Of a stretch of 64,000 bases of DNA, positions 1 through 14,119 are shown piece after piece. Origin of the DNA: Camelus ferus. Its lineage: Eukaryota. Position 1 is the stretch's first letter. Every line of letters starts with the position of its first letter. The stretch spans positions 100,628,001 through 100,692,000 of the forward strand of contig NC_045696.1 in assembly GCF_009834535.1 (NCBI RefSeq), written 5' to 3'. The notes under the pieces are model-generated. The model made no database searches and had not been told where the DNA came from. It saw only the letters and a list, made by a program, of their open reading frames with translations. Made by a program: the position numbers and the translations under genes.

Positions 1-1039
1 TATATAAATAGTTTTCTCATATATGACTAGTATTTCCCTTTATTTGCCTGGTTACAGTGATAAAAGTTATAGATAAAACTCAAAACACTTGAAATAAGTC
101 AGAGAAAATTAAGTAATTAAACTTTCAAAAGATTCTTTTTTATGTTTGCACCATTATACTTCTGAAGTTATTGAGACTCAAAACTGCACTGTGATTTTGG
201 GACAACCTCTAGATATAACTGCTTTCTAATTAGGAGAAAGGTTTCTTTCTATTGTTTTGTCTTTTATTCCAGTTTGTGATAACTATTACCACCTGCCTAC
301 TCAATTATTTCTTAATTACTTTTCTAGAGCAAATTGTTTATATTTATAATATAGACTCATTGAGTCATACAACTGATCATAATTCTTTCTTTCTTTGTGA
401 TGCTAAGCAGCTCTGGTATATCTACCAGGGAGTACAGGGGATAATTAAATATACTGCCTATGATGTAATCTCCCCCAACTTTTATTTTCCTTTCTAATCT
501 CCACATTTAGGTGTTTACTTTATTATACTGTGTGCCTTTGCTAGCTGCCTATAAGGACCCTTTATTTACCAAATTTGAGTTTAGTATAAATAAATTGCAG
601 TGTTTTTTCAGACTTGTCTGGTGATACATCTATGTGGAAAATCCTGGAAAATTACGCTATCACTTAAATTACTAAAAATGAGATGGTTAAAATTGGTACT
701 ATAAGGACCAGGATTGTTTAGGAATACTAATTGTTTATGAATATATGACTTTCATTTCTGGTTATGCAACTAAAAGAACCAAGCACCTTCTAGATAAGAA
801 TTATGGCTTCTATTGACTATAACTGGTTATATGCAGTCATTAAAACCACTTGGGATTCCATTGATATTAAGTCTGAGTCTATGGACGATTGATACTTATT
901 CCCAACAGATCCACATGTAAGGGAGATTATCTCCTACCAAACTACATTTTATTTTAAAGTGAGATTTATATTTAGAGTTTTTAAAGGTCTTAGCATTTAG
1001 CCTGACTTTTTTGATTTGATTTCATCATCATCACTGAAA

Positions 1040-1208
1040 CTCTGACTCAAGAAATCTAAGTTCTAGTCCCACTTGTGCCATGAATTAGTTTTTAACTTTT
1101 AGGCAAATGTTTAATTTGAAAGAAGCTCAGTTTTCTCATCTGTGAAGCCAGAGCCTCAGATTGACTAATCTCCAGTTTCAGTTCCAGCTTTTAAAAATCT
1201 GTGATTCT
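1040..1208 (+). mobile_element. MIR/MIR3 SINE remnant
   Basis: Core-like 'ctcagttttctcatctgtgaa' and 3' 'ttccagctttt...tctgtgattct'; boundaries approximate. Confidence 0.6.
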
Positions 1209-2029
1209 GTTTATTTTCATATTCTACAAATATTTTATGTATATTCAAGGAATGATATTGGTATGCATTATTATAGTGAATAAATATTTGGTTTCTCTTT
1301 TCCAAGGTAACTATTTACTGTCGATATAGTTACAGTAAGCCAAGTTAATTATATGTTTCTCTTACTTAGCTCTTGTCTCATAGAAGAGATAGAAACGTGA
1401 AATTATAAAATTATATGGAATAAATCACATCGCTAAGCATGTATTTCCAAGAAGACAAACTAAGTAAAGCATGGGCTCCTATTTTTTTCTTTGTAATGAA
1501 TTGTTATTCTATATATAATCCCATATTCCTATATATTATGTAATATGTATATGCATTTAAGACATATCCTATTAAGTCCACTGACTTTACAATTATAAAT
1601 CTAAATGAATAGTAGATATAACCTTAAAAAGTTTACTGAAATTTAAATTTAAGTCTTATAATTTGATTTTAATTACAAATAATGCTTATATCACTTCCAA
1701 TTATTTTAACTTTCATATTATTCAGGTCTACTCAGGTAGTGATATAATGTAGTGACTGCATTTAGTTTTTTGCAGCCATTGTCTAATCTAAATTTATTTT
1801 ATTGACTTAACAAAATTACTTTCCAGTATTTCAGCACTGTTTGTGATACTGTCTCATAATGTTATATGATTTATATATTTCAGTGAAAAAATTGGGCAGG
1901 TAAGGTTTTGATATGGTACCAGAAAACAAGGAAATCCTACCACTATTAAAGCCTTGATGTTGAAATTTAGGGCTTAGTATAAAAGATCCAAAGTGAGATG
2001 TGGAAAATACAGTTTTGGAATTTCCTGGT

Positions 2030-2250
2030 AGCAGGGTGGTTTAATAGGTAAGAGCCTAGATTTTGGAATTGGATAGATGTAGGTTTAAACCAGTTTGAAC
2101 CAATTAGTTACTATAAATTGCTTAACTTTACTGTCAAGGGTTTTACTTACACAAAGATAAAAAATAATTACCACCTTATCATAAATTGCATTATGTAAAA
2201 TTATTATCAGAATCTTTGATACACAGTAAATGATCAATACATCAGAGTTG
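2030..2250 (+). mobile_element. MIR SINE remnant
   Basis: 'ggtaagagcctagattttggaattggatagatgtaggtttaaacc' resembles the MIR 5' region; the end resembles the MIR 3' 'acacagtaaatgatcaatacat'. Confidence 0.55.
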
Positions 2251-5189
2251 TTACAGATTATTACTATTTCTAAGGCTTTGAGTTTTGAAGATGAGAATTT
2301 ACCTTTCCTGGTCCTTCTGAATTTCCTTAAAGCTTGAAGTTAATGTCTTAGCAGATAATTTGCCAAAGTAAAAACTCTTTACTAAGTGCTTTGCTACAAA
2401 GCAGGAGGAAATGGGGCATCACGATGATGTTGCTAAAACATAGTTCAGCAGAGCCTAAGCTAGGAGCCTGCTCAGCGGAAAGAAACAATTCACTGGCAAA
2501 CAGGATAGTGCCTGGGTCTTTAATTATTTGACTATAATGTGTCTTCTTCTATTAGACCTTGAATTGACAACACCAAAACATTCAATTCACTGTCCTCAGT
2601 AACCCCAACAAATTATTATCATTAAGTTGCTGCTTAATTACATGACCTCCACTTATCAGCCATTTTCAGCCATTATCAGCAAACATAGTCCATTCAACAG
2701 ACTCAGTATTTTGCTTCCTTTGGCAAGGTAATTTGTATCTATGTTAAATTGCTCTGGTAGAGGTTTGCCGACAATAAACATCCTCACTGTAAACATTAGC
2801 ATGAATTACTAACACAACTTTTCCTTGTGGCCATTTGCTCTTATTTTCCTTCTAGTTTAACTTTCTTATCTGAACTTTAAAAAAAGTGTTATTTTCTGAG
2901 AACTGTAAGGTCTCTTTCTATGTGTTTCTGTTGTCTACCCATCTCATTTAAGAGCTTTTATAATTCTAGCTTTTGTTCTTTTATTTTAACTTCTAGTATT
3001 TTCTTCACATCTTTCAGCTCATTTATTACAGTCATAGACTTTCTCTGCTTTTTGATCACTGTTTTATGTGTCTTTTTTTCTGTAAGCATCTTTTTCAAAT
3101 GCTTATTATCCACTGTTTCTGGCAACCTATTCATATAGGGGTCAAGATATAGGGGATGGAGTGGACCACCTACATGGTTCTAGTTATTTCTCTCCTCAAC
3201 CAAGACCACTTCAGTACTTTCTAAGTTCCAACAATCTATAAACCCAGGTTCTCCAGAGGACTGGAATGTGCAGTGTGAGATGAGGTTGGAAGAACAGACA
3301 GAAGTCAGTCTTGCTTGACTCTCTGGGCCTTAGTAAGACAACTGGGAGTTGTCCCAAGTACAGTGGGAGGGGAATGTTGGCAGATTTCCAGGTGGGTCAG
3401 TGACATGATTCAATTTAAAATTTCCTATTGAATTTACATGTATTTAGAAATGTATTTTTAAACATGCACATATTTAAAAATGTATAGCCTAATAGCACCC
3501 CCCCAAAAAAAAGAGAAAAAATAGTGCTAGGAATAAAACAAGAATTTTGAGGGATTTCTAAAAGATGAGATTGCCCTGATACCAGAAAACCTCAACCTAG
3601 AGCACAACAGAAAAGGTTTTTTTGAAAATGCTAGAAATGGCTCCACAATGCTTAAAACTCAAAGACAAATGATGAGAATTGCTGGTGTCCTGGAGCAATG
3701 GAACTGGCGCTTGGTTGTAGAACAGTAATCAGCATATCCATGAGTGACCATTCACTCCACCCCCCACATGCACACCAACCTGACCTTTACTCTGGACTCT
3801 CCTCATTCCCTTCTTTTTATCACATTGAATTATGGGAAAAGCCGAGGTTCTTATCACCGGGAGAGAGAGAGAGACAGAGATGATCCTTCAGCCAGGTAGA
3901 CAGGGTAGAACCTGAGCGGGGCTTTTAACCATGAAGAACAGGGACTCTCCAACCTCAGTCAGGTTACTGATTTATCATTTACCCTCGGAATTCATTGTGA
4001 CTCCCTCATCATCATCAGACACACCTTAAAGTAGATAGAAGGAACAGTCTTAGAAAGATGAAAGGGAATCTCAGTGACAGATGCAACTATTTAATCGAAC
4101 AGTCTAAATTCAGTAGAGTAGAAAGTAAAACAAGCTTATTTTTTTCAACCACAGCAGTAAAATCCCTCTGTTAAACTGCTCTATGTGTCCCCTAACATTT
4201 TAGAGCACACTCCTAATTTTTTGGTATCACATTTCACTATTACTAATTCTATTATATCTGGAGTTCCGTCTTGTATCCAACTTATGCTCAAGCCCTCCCC
4301 AGGCCCCATCACAGACCAGATTTCAGAACAAGATACTTGACGTTGAAGAGTATATAATCTCTTTGCTTCTCTTCCATGTGTCATTCTTCTGTTATGTTTT
4401 CTCTGGCATTAGGCAGAGAAGAGGTATTTGAGAAATTAGGGACTTGTTTATTTGTTCCTTTTTAATTACCTGGATTTATAATTTCAGTCCTCTGGTGTTG
4501 ATGCTTCTCTGGCTATGCTGGCTGATCACTGATGACCTCTGTGAGCAGGTAACTGAATGTTGGCCCTACAGTGAAGTGTACATGTGAGGAACTGAGGACT
4601 ATGTGGGAGGCTGCTCTAGTGAGGAGATCTGTCTCAATCTGGCAAGCCATATTGACTTTGCTTCAAGACTCTCCTCATCTACTGGTCATCATTATTGGCA
4701 CCAACAAGTTACCTTGAGTGGCTACCATCCTTGACATCCACTTAACTCACAGGAAATCCTGGCAAACCCCATACCTGGGTGTATCAGCTGGTCAACTGCA
4801 TCCCACTTTCTCCATAGACTTTCCATTCCATTTCTCTTTTCTTATTGATCCAGGAGGAAGTACAGTTAGTTTGCTGCATGGCAGAAGTTCAACCAGGGAA
4901 TGAAATGTCAATGTATCTTACTTAAGGTAACTTTAAGTTCCAAGAGTGACTTTCTTAGAATGGCCCCTTCACTTGATGAGAGGTTGGAAGATTTATTTAT
5001 TTTTGATATCTGAGGCTAATGATAAAAAATTTGAGTCTGGGGCACTGGGGTGATGACACTAATAACAAAATCTAATGTGGCCAAATTTTGGTAAACCAAA
5101 GATGGTATCTCTTACCCTCAATTACTTTTTGGCTCTCTTTACAGTGTGGGGTACTTGATGACTTATGATGTTATTTGAGAAAGACATAA

Positions 5190-5535
5190 TATTATTTATT
5201 GTTCCAGTCAAACCCCATAACTTCTATTTAATCAGGAGAAATAATCAGACAAAACCAAATTGAAGGACATTCTACAAAACAACTATCCAGTACTCTTCCA
5301 AAATGCCAGTGTCATTATTCTTTGGAAACACACTGAAGTATTTCAAGGTGAACTTTCATTATGTCTGCAAACTACTCTCCAATGATTCAGGGGAAAAAAA
5401 TCACAAGAAAAATAAAGAAAATGTGGCAAAAATATGATAATTGGCATATCTAGATAAAGAATATATGCAGTTCATTGTAATATCCTTTAAAATTTTATAT
5501 AGGTTTAAAATGTTTTAATATAAAAATGTTGAAAT
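5190..5535 (+). mobile_element. Old L1 (L1MC-like) 3' UTR fragment
   Basis: 'aatcagacaaaaccaaattgaaggacattctacaaaacaactatccagtactcttcc' is typical of L1MC 3' regions. Confidence 0.7.
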
Positions 5536-5724
5536 AGACAGAGCAATAATATTCACACTATGTGTTTTCTTAATCTGATTTTAATTAAAAAATACCTCTG
5601 TTACATTTGAATAATGTATGTAAAAGATACTACTATATTATTTAAATGCTGATTTCCCACTATATATTGGGTACCCCTGAGGAAACACAACTTTCACCAA
5701 ATTTGGGTGACGTGGCGTTAAACA

Positions 5725-6183
5725 TGTTAATTTTACTAGGATGATGCATCAAATTACCACAAACTCAGTGGCCTAAAACAACAGAAATCTTTTCTACCAC
5801 AGTTGTGGAGGCTTGAAGTGCAAAATCAAGGTGTCTTCAAGGATGCATGCCCTCTGAAAGTCTTGAGAATTTTTTCTTTCCTCTTGCTGCTCTTGATGCC
5901 TCCAAGAGCTCCTTCGCTTGGCCCTGCATGAGTCTAATGTCTACCTCCATCTTCATATAATTTTCTCACCAGTGTATCTCTATATATCAAATGTCCTTCT
6001 CTTTTCTCTTATAGGGACACCTGTCATTGGATTTAGGGCCCACTCTAAATACAGGATAATTTTATCTTAAGATCCTCAACTTAATTATGTCTACAGAGAA
6101 CTTCTTTCTAAATAAGGTCACATTCACAATGGGGTTTGGATTTGGATATATATTTTTGGGGGAGTCACCATTCAATCAAATCA
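5725..6183 (-). mobile_element. MaLR solo LTR (MLT1C-like)
   Basis: 'aaattaccacaaactcagtggcctaaaacaacagaaat', 'ggacacctgtcattggatttagggcccactctaa' and 'aaataaggtcacattcaca' are antisense MLT1 hallmarks. Confidence 0.85.
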
Positions 6184-6289
6184 GGTAACTAGAAGTCTTT
6201 GAAAAAAATGTTATTCATAATTAAACTTACAATATGTGCATAAAGTTAAACTGTTAATACCAGTCTTAAATATTTGAGTAAAAGTTTTC

Positions 6290-6780
6290 CTTTATAAACA
6301 ATCAGGTATATAAAAATAATTTGTTACCATGTTATGTATAGTGCTAACAAATTAGAAACTGTTCAATTATCTGTCTGCATGAAGGTGATCAAATAAACTG
6401 TAGTATCTCCATAATATGTATAATGATGTAGTTGTGAATACAAACAATGTTGATTTATATGCATTGGCAGGCATTAATGCCCAATAGTAATTTTAAGTGA
6501 AAAAAAGAATCAAAATAATATAAAATATGTACATTATGACCCCATTTAATTCTTAAAATTTCTAATATAAAATGGTGGGCTTAAGATGCAAATATATATA
6601 TTTAAATGCATAGAAAAATGTTATTGAAGAATATATATCAAAGTGAAAACTACACTGACCTCTGAGGAAAAGAGTAGGATCTTGGGAGGTGGGCTGTTGG
6701 AAGAAAGTTTTCTTATATACTTTATGCTACATTAATAACTTATAAAAGTAAATATTTCATAATAAAATATATAGAATGTA
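6290..6780 (+). mobile_element. Old L1ME-like 3' end
   Basis: Decayed L1 ORF2-end/3' UTR pattern ('ataaactgtagtatctccataat', 'acctctgaggaaaagagtaggat'). Confidence 0.55.
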
Positions 6781-6936
6781 ATTTTCTATAAGCAAACAAA
6801 GCATCAGGGAGTAAACACATTCTTATCAATGGCTGTGAAGCGTAGTAGCATGTAGACTAGTATAATGATAGCTGGAGGTGATTTGATGTCTAGGGAACAG
6901 TTTGGTTTGTTTGCTTTTTAAGAAGAGTGCATTTGG

Positions 6937-7703
6937 CTAGAGAGGGTGTGGAGAAAAGGGAACCCTCCTACACTGCTGGTGGAAATGTAGTTTGGTGCAG
7001 CCATTATGGAAGACAGTATGGAGATTCCTCAAAAGACTAAAAATAGACCTACCATATGATCCAGCAATCTCACTGCTGGGCATATATCCATAGGGGACCT
7101 TAATGCAAAAAGACATATGCACCCCAATGTTATAGCAGCACTATTTACAATAGCCAAGACATGGAAACAATCTAAATGTCCATTAACAGATGACTGGATA
7201 AAGAAGCTATGGTATATTTATACAATGGAATAGTACTCAGCCATAAAAAAGAATAAAATAATGCCATTTGCAGCAACATGGATGGACCTGGAGATTGTAT
7301 TTCTAAGTGAAGTAAGCCAGAAAAGAAGGAAAAATACCATATGATATTACTTATCTGTGCACTCTTAAAAAAAACGACAAATTTATTTACAAAACAGAAA
7401 CAGACTGATAGACATAGAAAACAAACTTATAGTTACAAGGGTAGAAAAGGGGTGGGAAGGGATAAATTGGGAGTTCAAGATTTGCAGATACTAACTAATA
7501 TATAAAATAGATAAACAATAAGTTCATACTATATAGCACAGGGAACTATATTCAATATCTTATAGTAACCTATGGTGAAAAAGTATATGAAAATGAATGT
7601 GTGTGTTCATGTATGACTGAAGCGTTATACTATACACCAGAAATTGCACAACATTGTAAACGGACTATACTTCAATAAATAATTAAATTTATATATATAT
7701 ATA
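6937..7703 (+). mobile_element. Young 5'-truncated L1 (artiodactyl/camelid type): ORF2 C-terminus, 3' UTR and A/TA tail
   Basis: Translates to [50 protein letters not shown]...[17 protein letters not shown]...WIKKLWYIYTME* (L1 ORF2p Cys-rich C-terminus, with stops and a frameshift). 17-bp TSD aagaagagtgcatttgg (6920-6936) / aagaagtgttcatttgg (7704-7720) at a TTTT/AA L1 endonuclease site. Confidence 0.95.
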
Positions 7704-7749
7704 AAGAAGTGTTCATTTGGAAGCTTATGGGAATGAATCAATAAAGAGT

Positions 7750-8640
7750 AGTAATATAATATCAAGTAATAGAGTGATGGTGCATGGAATGGAACTGGTA
7801 AGATTGAAGGCGAAAGAGGAGATTTTGAACACTTGTGGAGAGGCTGGTTTTGGACATGGTCAACTATGAGCAAAGTGCATAGAAAAAATGAATAAAGATT
7901 CAGGTAAGTTGTAATATTTGTGGTGGAAAGATAACGGAGTTTGCATCTGATAACACTCATTTTTAATATACAGTATAAATGAGGTTATCCATTGAGACTG
8001 GAGTTGTGAAGGTGTGTGGAAGTTTGATCAGAAAAGATATTATGAAGTGGTGACTTCAGAAATGAGAATATAAAGTTGTAAATAATAAGTCACAGTGACA
8101 TCAAAAAATTTTGTGGGTTTTTTATTTTTATTTTTTTCAATATTTAGCTAGTAGGCCACTAGCATAGAGAGCACAAAATTTAGGTTATATATAAAAATAA
8201 GGGTTTTCCAGAAGAATAGGAATTAAGTATTTAAAAGCAAGGAAAGTTTATTGTCAATTCAAGGTATTGTCCTTGAATAAGTTGACTGGGAAAAGACTGG
8301 GTCCTTTGAAATGAGGGTTTTAAAGGAATGTACTTTTCTGATGATGACAAGGTCAAAGTTTAATCCTGGTAATGTGTGGCCGAGCTAAAGAAACAGAAAA
8401 AAGCCATCGCACACAAGTTCAGGACACTGTTAGGCTGGCTTTGTATGGTGAATGAATTTGTAGGTTGAGTTGACTTCCAATATTGATTAAAAAATACCTG
8501 ATGTGTGACTACTGAAAATAAACTTACGACAGACATGGCAAGGACTTCACCAGAGTACTGAGATATGCATTCCTTCATTCAAGAACTATTCATTGAGCAT
8601 CTACTACGTGTCAAGAAGAGTTGTCTCTAAGGATTCATTT
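7750..8640 (-). mobile_element. Highly decayed L2 LINE fragments
   Basis: Purine-rich antisense L2 pattern ('gatgatgacaaggtcaa') and L2 3' end 'cattccttcattcaagaactattcattgagcatctactacgtgtcaag'. Confidence 0.5.
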
Positions 8641-9524
8641 TGCTTTCTCTTAAATATCTGAGTCTTGAAATTTATTTTCTAATGGTAATTGTAATTATTG
8701 CCTCTAACTCTAAGTTTGGGCTTTCAAACTTAGAACTGAAGTCCAGGAAATTTGAAGTAACTGGCTTTTTCTAAATTTTGACTTTTTATGATTATGTAAA
8801 GAGCTATCTAGAATAAATATATAGCAAGATGATTTGAAATGTTTGTTTGCAAACCTAAATTAATTTTAGAATAATTAGAAAATACAGACAAGCATAAAGT
8901 ACGTATTTAAAATTCAAAATTCTTTCTATTAAATGTACAGTTTTGAGGTAGTTTGAACTTTCCAGTTTGAACCAAAGTGAAAGCATGTCATTAGATATTG
9001 GATTTTAATAGATATTGGTAAATTACCTTCAAGGCAGTTTTATCACAAATTAATATTATAAGTGATTTAAGAGCTAAAAAATATCTAATTGAAATGAGAT
9101 GTTATCATCTCTGGGAATATGTAACTCTATCTTTCCTTAATATGATTTCCCCCTGAAGTTCTAATTTTTTTGGTGATATATAAGTATTAAAATTTCTAAG
9201 ACCCAGAAACACATAAAGTAAATAGTTCTGTATATACTCTTACATATAAGCTAAATTTTAGGAATCATTTCTACATAAAAGCTTTGCAAAGTTAGGAGAG
9301 TTCTGTCTTTGTGTAGTTCCATCTTTTTAGAGTATAAGCTACCCCTTTAAAACAAATTGACAACCATCTGAGCAAAAGCAGTTTGCACTGTTAATGCAGT
9401 GGGAACAGGCTATTTGAAAGATGAAAATTCATTCACTAAATGACTCTAGAAGCATAATGTTAAAAAAAAGATTATTATTTTGTGATCCAATTATTGCTAC
9501 CTTTCAGAATTTTGCGGTCTTTTC

Positions 9525-9976
9525 CTTCTTAACTGAAGTATAGTCGGTTTACAGTGTTGCATTAATTTCTAGTGTATACAGCATAGTGATTCAGCTATAC
9601 ATGGAATATTCTTTTTCCTATTTTTCTTCATTATAGGCTATCACAAGGTACTGAATATAGTTCCCTGTGCTATACAGCAGGTCCTTGTTGTTTATTTATT
9701 TATATATAGTAGTTTGTATCTGCTAATCCCAAACTCCCAATTTATCCCTTCCCACCTCACTTCTCTGAGCCCTGTTGTTTTCTACATCTGTGAGTCTGTT
9801 TCTGTTTTGTAAACAAATTCATTTGTGCCATTTTTTTTTTTAGATTCCACATATAAGTGATATCATATGGTATTTTTCTTTCTCCTTCTGGCTTACTTCA
9901 TGAGTTTGACAATCTCCGGGTCCATCCACGTTGCTGCAAATGGCATTATTTTATTCTTTTTTATTGCTAAATAGTA
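9525..9976 (-). mobile_element. Young artiodactyl-type L1 3' end
   Basis: Reverse complement is closely similar to 7240-7680 ('gaatatagttccctgtgctata', 'ctgctaatcccaaactcccaatttatccct', 'gttgctgcaaatggcattattttattc'). Confidence 0.92.
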
Positions 9977-10057
9977 AAGAATCTCATAGTGTTTAGTCAT
10001 ACAAACTAACTCAATATGTTATATCAGTTCTCTCTTTATCCTATTAATAAAAATCAG

Positions 10058-10462
10058 TGTTATGGGCTGCATAGTGTTCCCCAAATTCATATTCTAAAGC
10101 CCTAATATCCAGTACCTCAAAATGTGATTGCACTTGGATGTAGGGCCTTTACAGGTGTGATTAAATTAAAATGAGGACATTAGAGTAGGACCTGATCCAA
10201 TAAGACTTGTGTTCTTATAAGAACAGGACATTTGAGCACACAAAGGGACATCATAGTTGTGCACAGAGAAAAGACCATGTGAGGACACAGGGGGAAGGCA
10301 GCCATCTGTAAGACAAGGAGAGAGGCCTCAGAAGAAATCAAACTTACTGACACCTTGATCTTAGAGTTCTACCCTGCAGAACTATAAGAAAATAAATATT
10401 TCTGTTGTTTAAGCCACCCTGACCCTGATATCTTGTTATGACAATGCTAGCAAACTAGTACA
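10058..10462 (+). mobile_element. MaLR solo LTR (MLT1B-like), full length
   Basis: TG...CA termini ('tgttatgggctg' ... 'gcaaactagtaca'); 5-bp TSD atcag/gtcag; internal 'ccatgtgaggacacagggggaaggcagccatctg'. Confidence 0.92.
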
Positions 10463-11370
10463 GTCAGTTTTTAGGAAAAATGAGAATTTAAATGGGAACT
10501 GGTTTTTTGACTGTGGCTACTAGTATTTTTGAAGTTAGTGATCACAATTTTCAGGTTAAACTAATTAAAATGAAACTTTTATTTAATTATGTTTGTATTG
10601 TATTAGAATAGGATATAAATAACCATTGAGGGTTTCTAATAATCAGAGATTATTTCCCTTGAAACATAATAATACATATTTGCTAGTGATATTAATACAT
10701 TCATTGTCCTAGATATTGTAGAGCTGCAAAAGATATTAGAGCTTATGTAGTCCAAATTAATCTATTTTAATTTTTCCAAGTCATAAAACATTTTTATATT
10801 TCTTATTAAAAATGAAAAGTAACACCAGCCTTAATGATTAAATTACTGTTTCTTCAATTGCAAAAACAAAATTACACATTAAAAAAATTATTTCCACCTG
10901 TGACAAACAAAAGTTCTGAAATTAAAAAATTATCTAAGTAGACCCAAATGGTTCTAAAATGATGCACCATTTAATAACTGAAGTTTTACACTTTCAAATT
11001 GATGATATTATAATTTTCAATAGAACTTTCCTAACTTCTTAAAACATGTACAGACACAGCAAGACAGAAATGCCTGGTCTTAAACCGTTAAGCTAATGAA
11101 GTTATTATACTAGAAGGTGAAGGGCATGTCGTGGGCTTCAGAGTGTGGGTTCTGAAGTCGGGCTACCCCAATTTTAATTTAAAAATGTTAAAGTAAATTT
11201 CCAAAGGTTCTATAACCATGAGAAATGTACTTCAGTGCCTTCACCACTCAGTGGCTTTGAAAGAAAACTGATAATGACAATAACTGTCTTGCAAGATTAA
11301 ATGCCATAATGTCTGTACAGAGCTTAAAACAGTGCCTTGCACATGGCTAGCCCTCTGGACATGTTCCTAC

Positions 11371-11866
11371 AGTAACTGAGCAGGACGCTATGGAGTTTTC
11401 CTGGGACAGATCCCTCCTGGTACCCTCTGCTGCAGCTCCTCTCCAAAGTACCTAGACAGCAGTACCAGGTGCACACTGCCTGTGTTGTTTTACAGATGCC
11501 AAAATCCCCACCAAGACCTTACCTACTTGATGACCATGAGCACACAGCCCCCAAGCCTGCTGGAGTCTAAGGATTAACAATGTTAACCCCTGTGACCCCA
11601 CCCTGTCACCTCACCAACCAGTCAGAAGGATGACCACGAGCGGCTGATAGGCACTCTACAACCCTCTTCCTCACTTTGATTTTAAAACCCTTTCCCTCAA
11701 GTCCTTTTGGAAGTTCAGATCAGTTGGGCATGAGATGCCCTGCATCCTAACTTGCCCCTGCGTTGAGTGCCATGCAGTAAAGGCTGCACCTTTCTTCACC
11801 ACAACCTGGTGTCCGTAGACTGGCTTTACCACGCACTGGCATGGGGACCCAAGTTTGGTTCTGTCA
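11371..11866 (+). mobile_element. ERV1-class solo LTR (cetartiodactyl type), adjacent to a MIR remnant (~11140-11360)
   Basis: GC-richer block starting 'gtaactgagcaggac', with TATA-like 'tttaaaaccc', polyA-like 'agtaaa' and LTR-type end 'ggacccaagtttggttctgtca'. Confidence 0.8.
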
Positions 11867-13793
11867 TTGTTTATGTTCACATGAATGTGTGGCAGAGTTT
11901 AATCTAGACATAGTGTTCATTAAAAAATGGTGAATGGATAACTTTCTCAATGATAATATGGTATTGAAATATGATATTTAACATGCAGAAGGAAAAGATT
12001 TCTATGCATTTCATTAATTTTCAAATAGCATCCGATGTTTACATCTCATCTGGTTCCATCCTACACTGGCTTTTTTTCTGAGAGCAAGAATAATGTTTTT
12101 ATTATTTAAAAAAATCAGTTTCTAGATTAGACCCTCCTTACACATAGTAGGTACTCCACTCTGTTCAAGTTTGCTGAAGACTTTCATACCATTTATTATA
12201 AAATAGGACTGTGTTTCACCAAAGTAAATGACACTTACTATGAAAAATTATTTTTCATAGCTAAAGAAACACCACATCTTTGATTCAAATTTCTTTTAAA
12301 CTAGCTGGATGTAATGGTGGGGGTTGGTGGAAAAGTTAATGCTAATTCAAATTTTACATTTACAACTCTTTTATCCTGATAAGAAAGTTCTTTAATACTT
12401 ATTAAGAAGCTTAAAACTCCTTTGTCTGTTTTTATCTCTACCAGAGGAAAATGCATAAGCTCAGGCATTACATAAAATAATAGTTTTATTCGACAGAACT
12501 AATTAATCTAGATAAAACTTAAAGTAATTTTAAAATAAATTTCCCCCCTCTCCCAAGTACATTATGTGATGAAATTGTAGATTTTTCAGTTCCAAGAGGA
12601 TATGGAAATGCTGTGACTGAATTCAAGAAAAGATCAAAGATGGCTAAAAATAGCTCTAGTTTGCAAAGTAAGCATGGTAAAGATGTAGATAATTAAATTT
12701 GTGGCTTAGGGCATGAGATAACTACCTTTGGGGACTAAGGGAAAATAAGCTACATCTTCACTGCAGTTTTCTACTTCATCATTAAAAAACAAATCAGCAG
12801 GTTTTAATATGCCTGCCTTATGAGCTTATTTGCAATAACTATATATACGTAGTTGTATCCAAATATATACATGTATATGTATGTATATTAAAATAATTTG
12901 CACATGTATATATAAATAGTATGTGTGCATATAGATTGTGCATGTGTGCAGATGTGTGCGTATGAACACTGAACCTTCAAACATGTATTCCTTAAAGTAA
13001 ATTTTGAAAAGAGGTATTGTCAATATTGAGATCAAATCTGTCATTTAAGCACAGAAAATTTCTATGAAAAATTTTCAGGACACTGTGGTACATTGATAAT
13101 ATATGACCACTCTGAAGCTGGGTTGAGCTTAAAAGTAAGTATGTGGAAAAAGCTACATTTATGAGTCAAATTTCTTATTTACCATTTGGTAAAATGTGAT
13201 AAATACTGGGTGAAACATCAGGAAGGGAGAGCTTAAAGTTCTCCCCTAAATTTTCTGTGAAATGGAAAAAAAATAATAATGCTGCCCCCAAATTGGATTA
13301 TGTCTGCTTAGAGAAACTGTTTTTTTTCCCTCCAGAGAAGGATTGTGAAGCGTGGAACAGAGGCTCTGCTGAAAATAGAGTGAATAGAATTTGATGTAAT
13401 TATTTTGTTCTCTGTGTTCTCACTATGTTGACCATATTATCAACCTGTTCTAGGAAATACATTATATGACAATGTAGTTTAAAATTGAATATAAGTAGCA
13501 TTCTTATCCTGCTAATCTTCTTTTTATCTCAAATTCATTCTTTTGGCATGAGGAAAGCAATGAAAAACAAAACCACATTTTTCTATGAATCACAAATGTT
13601 CTTGATTTTCCAATGAAGGCACTGATGAAAATGGCAGAAACAAAATAATATTAATCTATTTCTTGCAAAATCATATCCAAATATTTGCTTCAAACCATTT
13701 TTCCTGATATCTATCTATATACCTATCTATCTGTAATAAGAAAGACTGATCTTCATTAAATTTTGTTGTTGTTGTTGTTTCCAATTGTTTATA

Positions 13794-14119
13794 CAGTTGT
13801 TGCTCAGTCTCCTTGGGGACTGGTTTCAAGACTCCCTGGCCTTTCCTCATGGACACCAAAATCCAGGATGTTCAAGTCCCTTGTACAAAATGGTGTAGCA
13901 TTTGCATATAACCTGTGCACATCTTCCTGTATATTTTAAATCATCTCTGGATTACTTACAATACCTAATACAATGTAAATGCCAAGTAAATAGCTGCCAG
14001 TGCACAGTAGATTAAGTTTTACTTTTTGGAACTTTCTGGAATGTTTTTCCCTGAATATTTTTGATCAGCAGTTGATTGAATCCACAAATGTGGATCCCGT
14101 GGCACTGGAGAGCCAATGG
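13794..14119. mobile_element. MER2/MER2B (TcMar-Tigger MITE)
   Basis: 'accaaaatccaggatgttcaagtcccttgtacaaaatggtgtagcatttgcatataacct' and 'aatacctaatacaatgtaaatgc' match the MER2 consensus; flanked by TA. Confidence 0.9.

Noticed and set aside
1884..1899. 16-nt microexon candidate (ttttcag|TGAAAAAATTGGGCAG|gtaagg)
   Set aside because: Poor polypyrimidine tract and no supporting gene context.
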